This document shows, piece by piece, positions 63,977 to 64,000 of a DNA stretch of 64,000 bases. The position numbers were made by a program, and so were the translations under genes. Position 1 is the stretch's first letter. Every line of letters starts with the position of its first letter. The DNA comes from a virus. Its lineage: Duplodnaviria > Caudoviricetes. Below the pieces are notes generated by a model, which was given only the letters and a program-made list of their open reading frames with translations, was not told the origin of the DNA and searched no databases. Location of the stretch: positions 770 through 64,769 of the IMG/VR virus record IMGVR_UViG_3300022220_000004, one strand, 5' to 3'.

Positions 63977-64000
63977 CCCCCCCCTCAGTGATTTGTCCTA
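63977..64000 (-). repeat. cassette repeat copy 14 (leader only, truncated by the window end)
   Basis: CCCCTCAGTGATTTGTCCTA, identical to the leader of copies 9, 12 and 13. Confidence 0.85.

Noticed and set aside
59129-64000. CRISPR array interpretation of the repeats
   Set aside because: The intervals are ~400-800 bp and contain whole ORFs rather than 30-40-nt spacers; no cas genes are present.
1-64000. Stop-codon reassignment
   Set aside because: Large genes are intact in the standard code, and TAA, TAG and TGA all end well-supported genes.

Overview
A GC-rich tailed-phage (siphovirus-like) genome segment or prophage; no host housekeeping genes are visible. It has three blocks. (1) 1-10.9 kb: minus-strand short ORFs, including a truncated YprB/RNase_H_2-like exonuclease, a DUF551-like gene, membrane proteins and a tandem-Phd regulator. 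(2) 11.0-43.6 kb: plus-strand morphogenesis and lysis genes (terminases, portal-MuF fusion, a block of virion and accessory genes, protease/scaffold, capsid, tail, tape measure, fibre, endolysin, holin, M23 peptidase). (3) 43.6-64 kb: minus-strand early and replication genes (phage Dam, TOPRIM protein, tyrosine recombinase, RusA, a Ycf46-like AAA/DUF1257/DUF2997 module, NrdG-like radical SAM, DnaB, loader-like protein, replication initiator with iterons). The main signal is a conserved ~39-bp palindromic element (coding strand AACGCCTGACAG-TTTTACAnn-CTGTCRGGCGTTATTCCT plus an SD leader). It occurs 13 times plus one truncated copy, always between a stop codon and the next start, and divides the right arm into mostly single-gene cassettes. 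Other candidates are an adjacent gene pair sharing an amyloid/RHIM-like motif, an antisense-promoted structured RNA before the tape measure gene, and an attenuator-like leader before the replication genes. All product calls come from reading motifs by eye; no database searches were run. A Chloroflexota-like host is only a weak guess.
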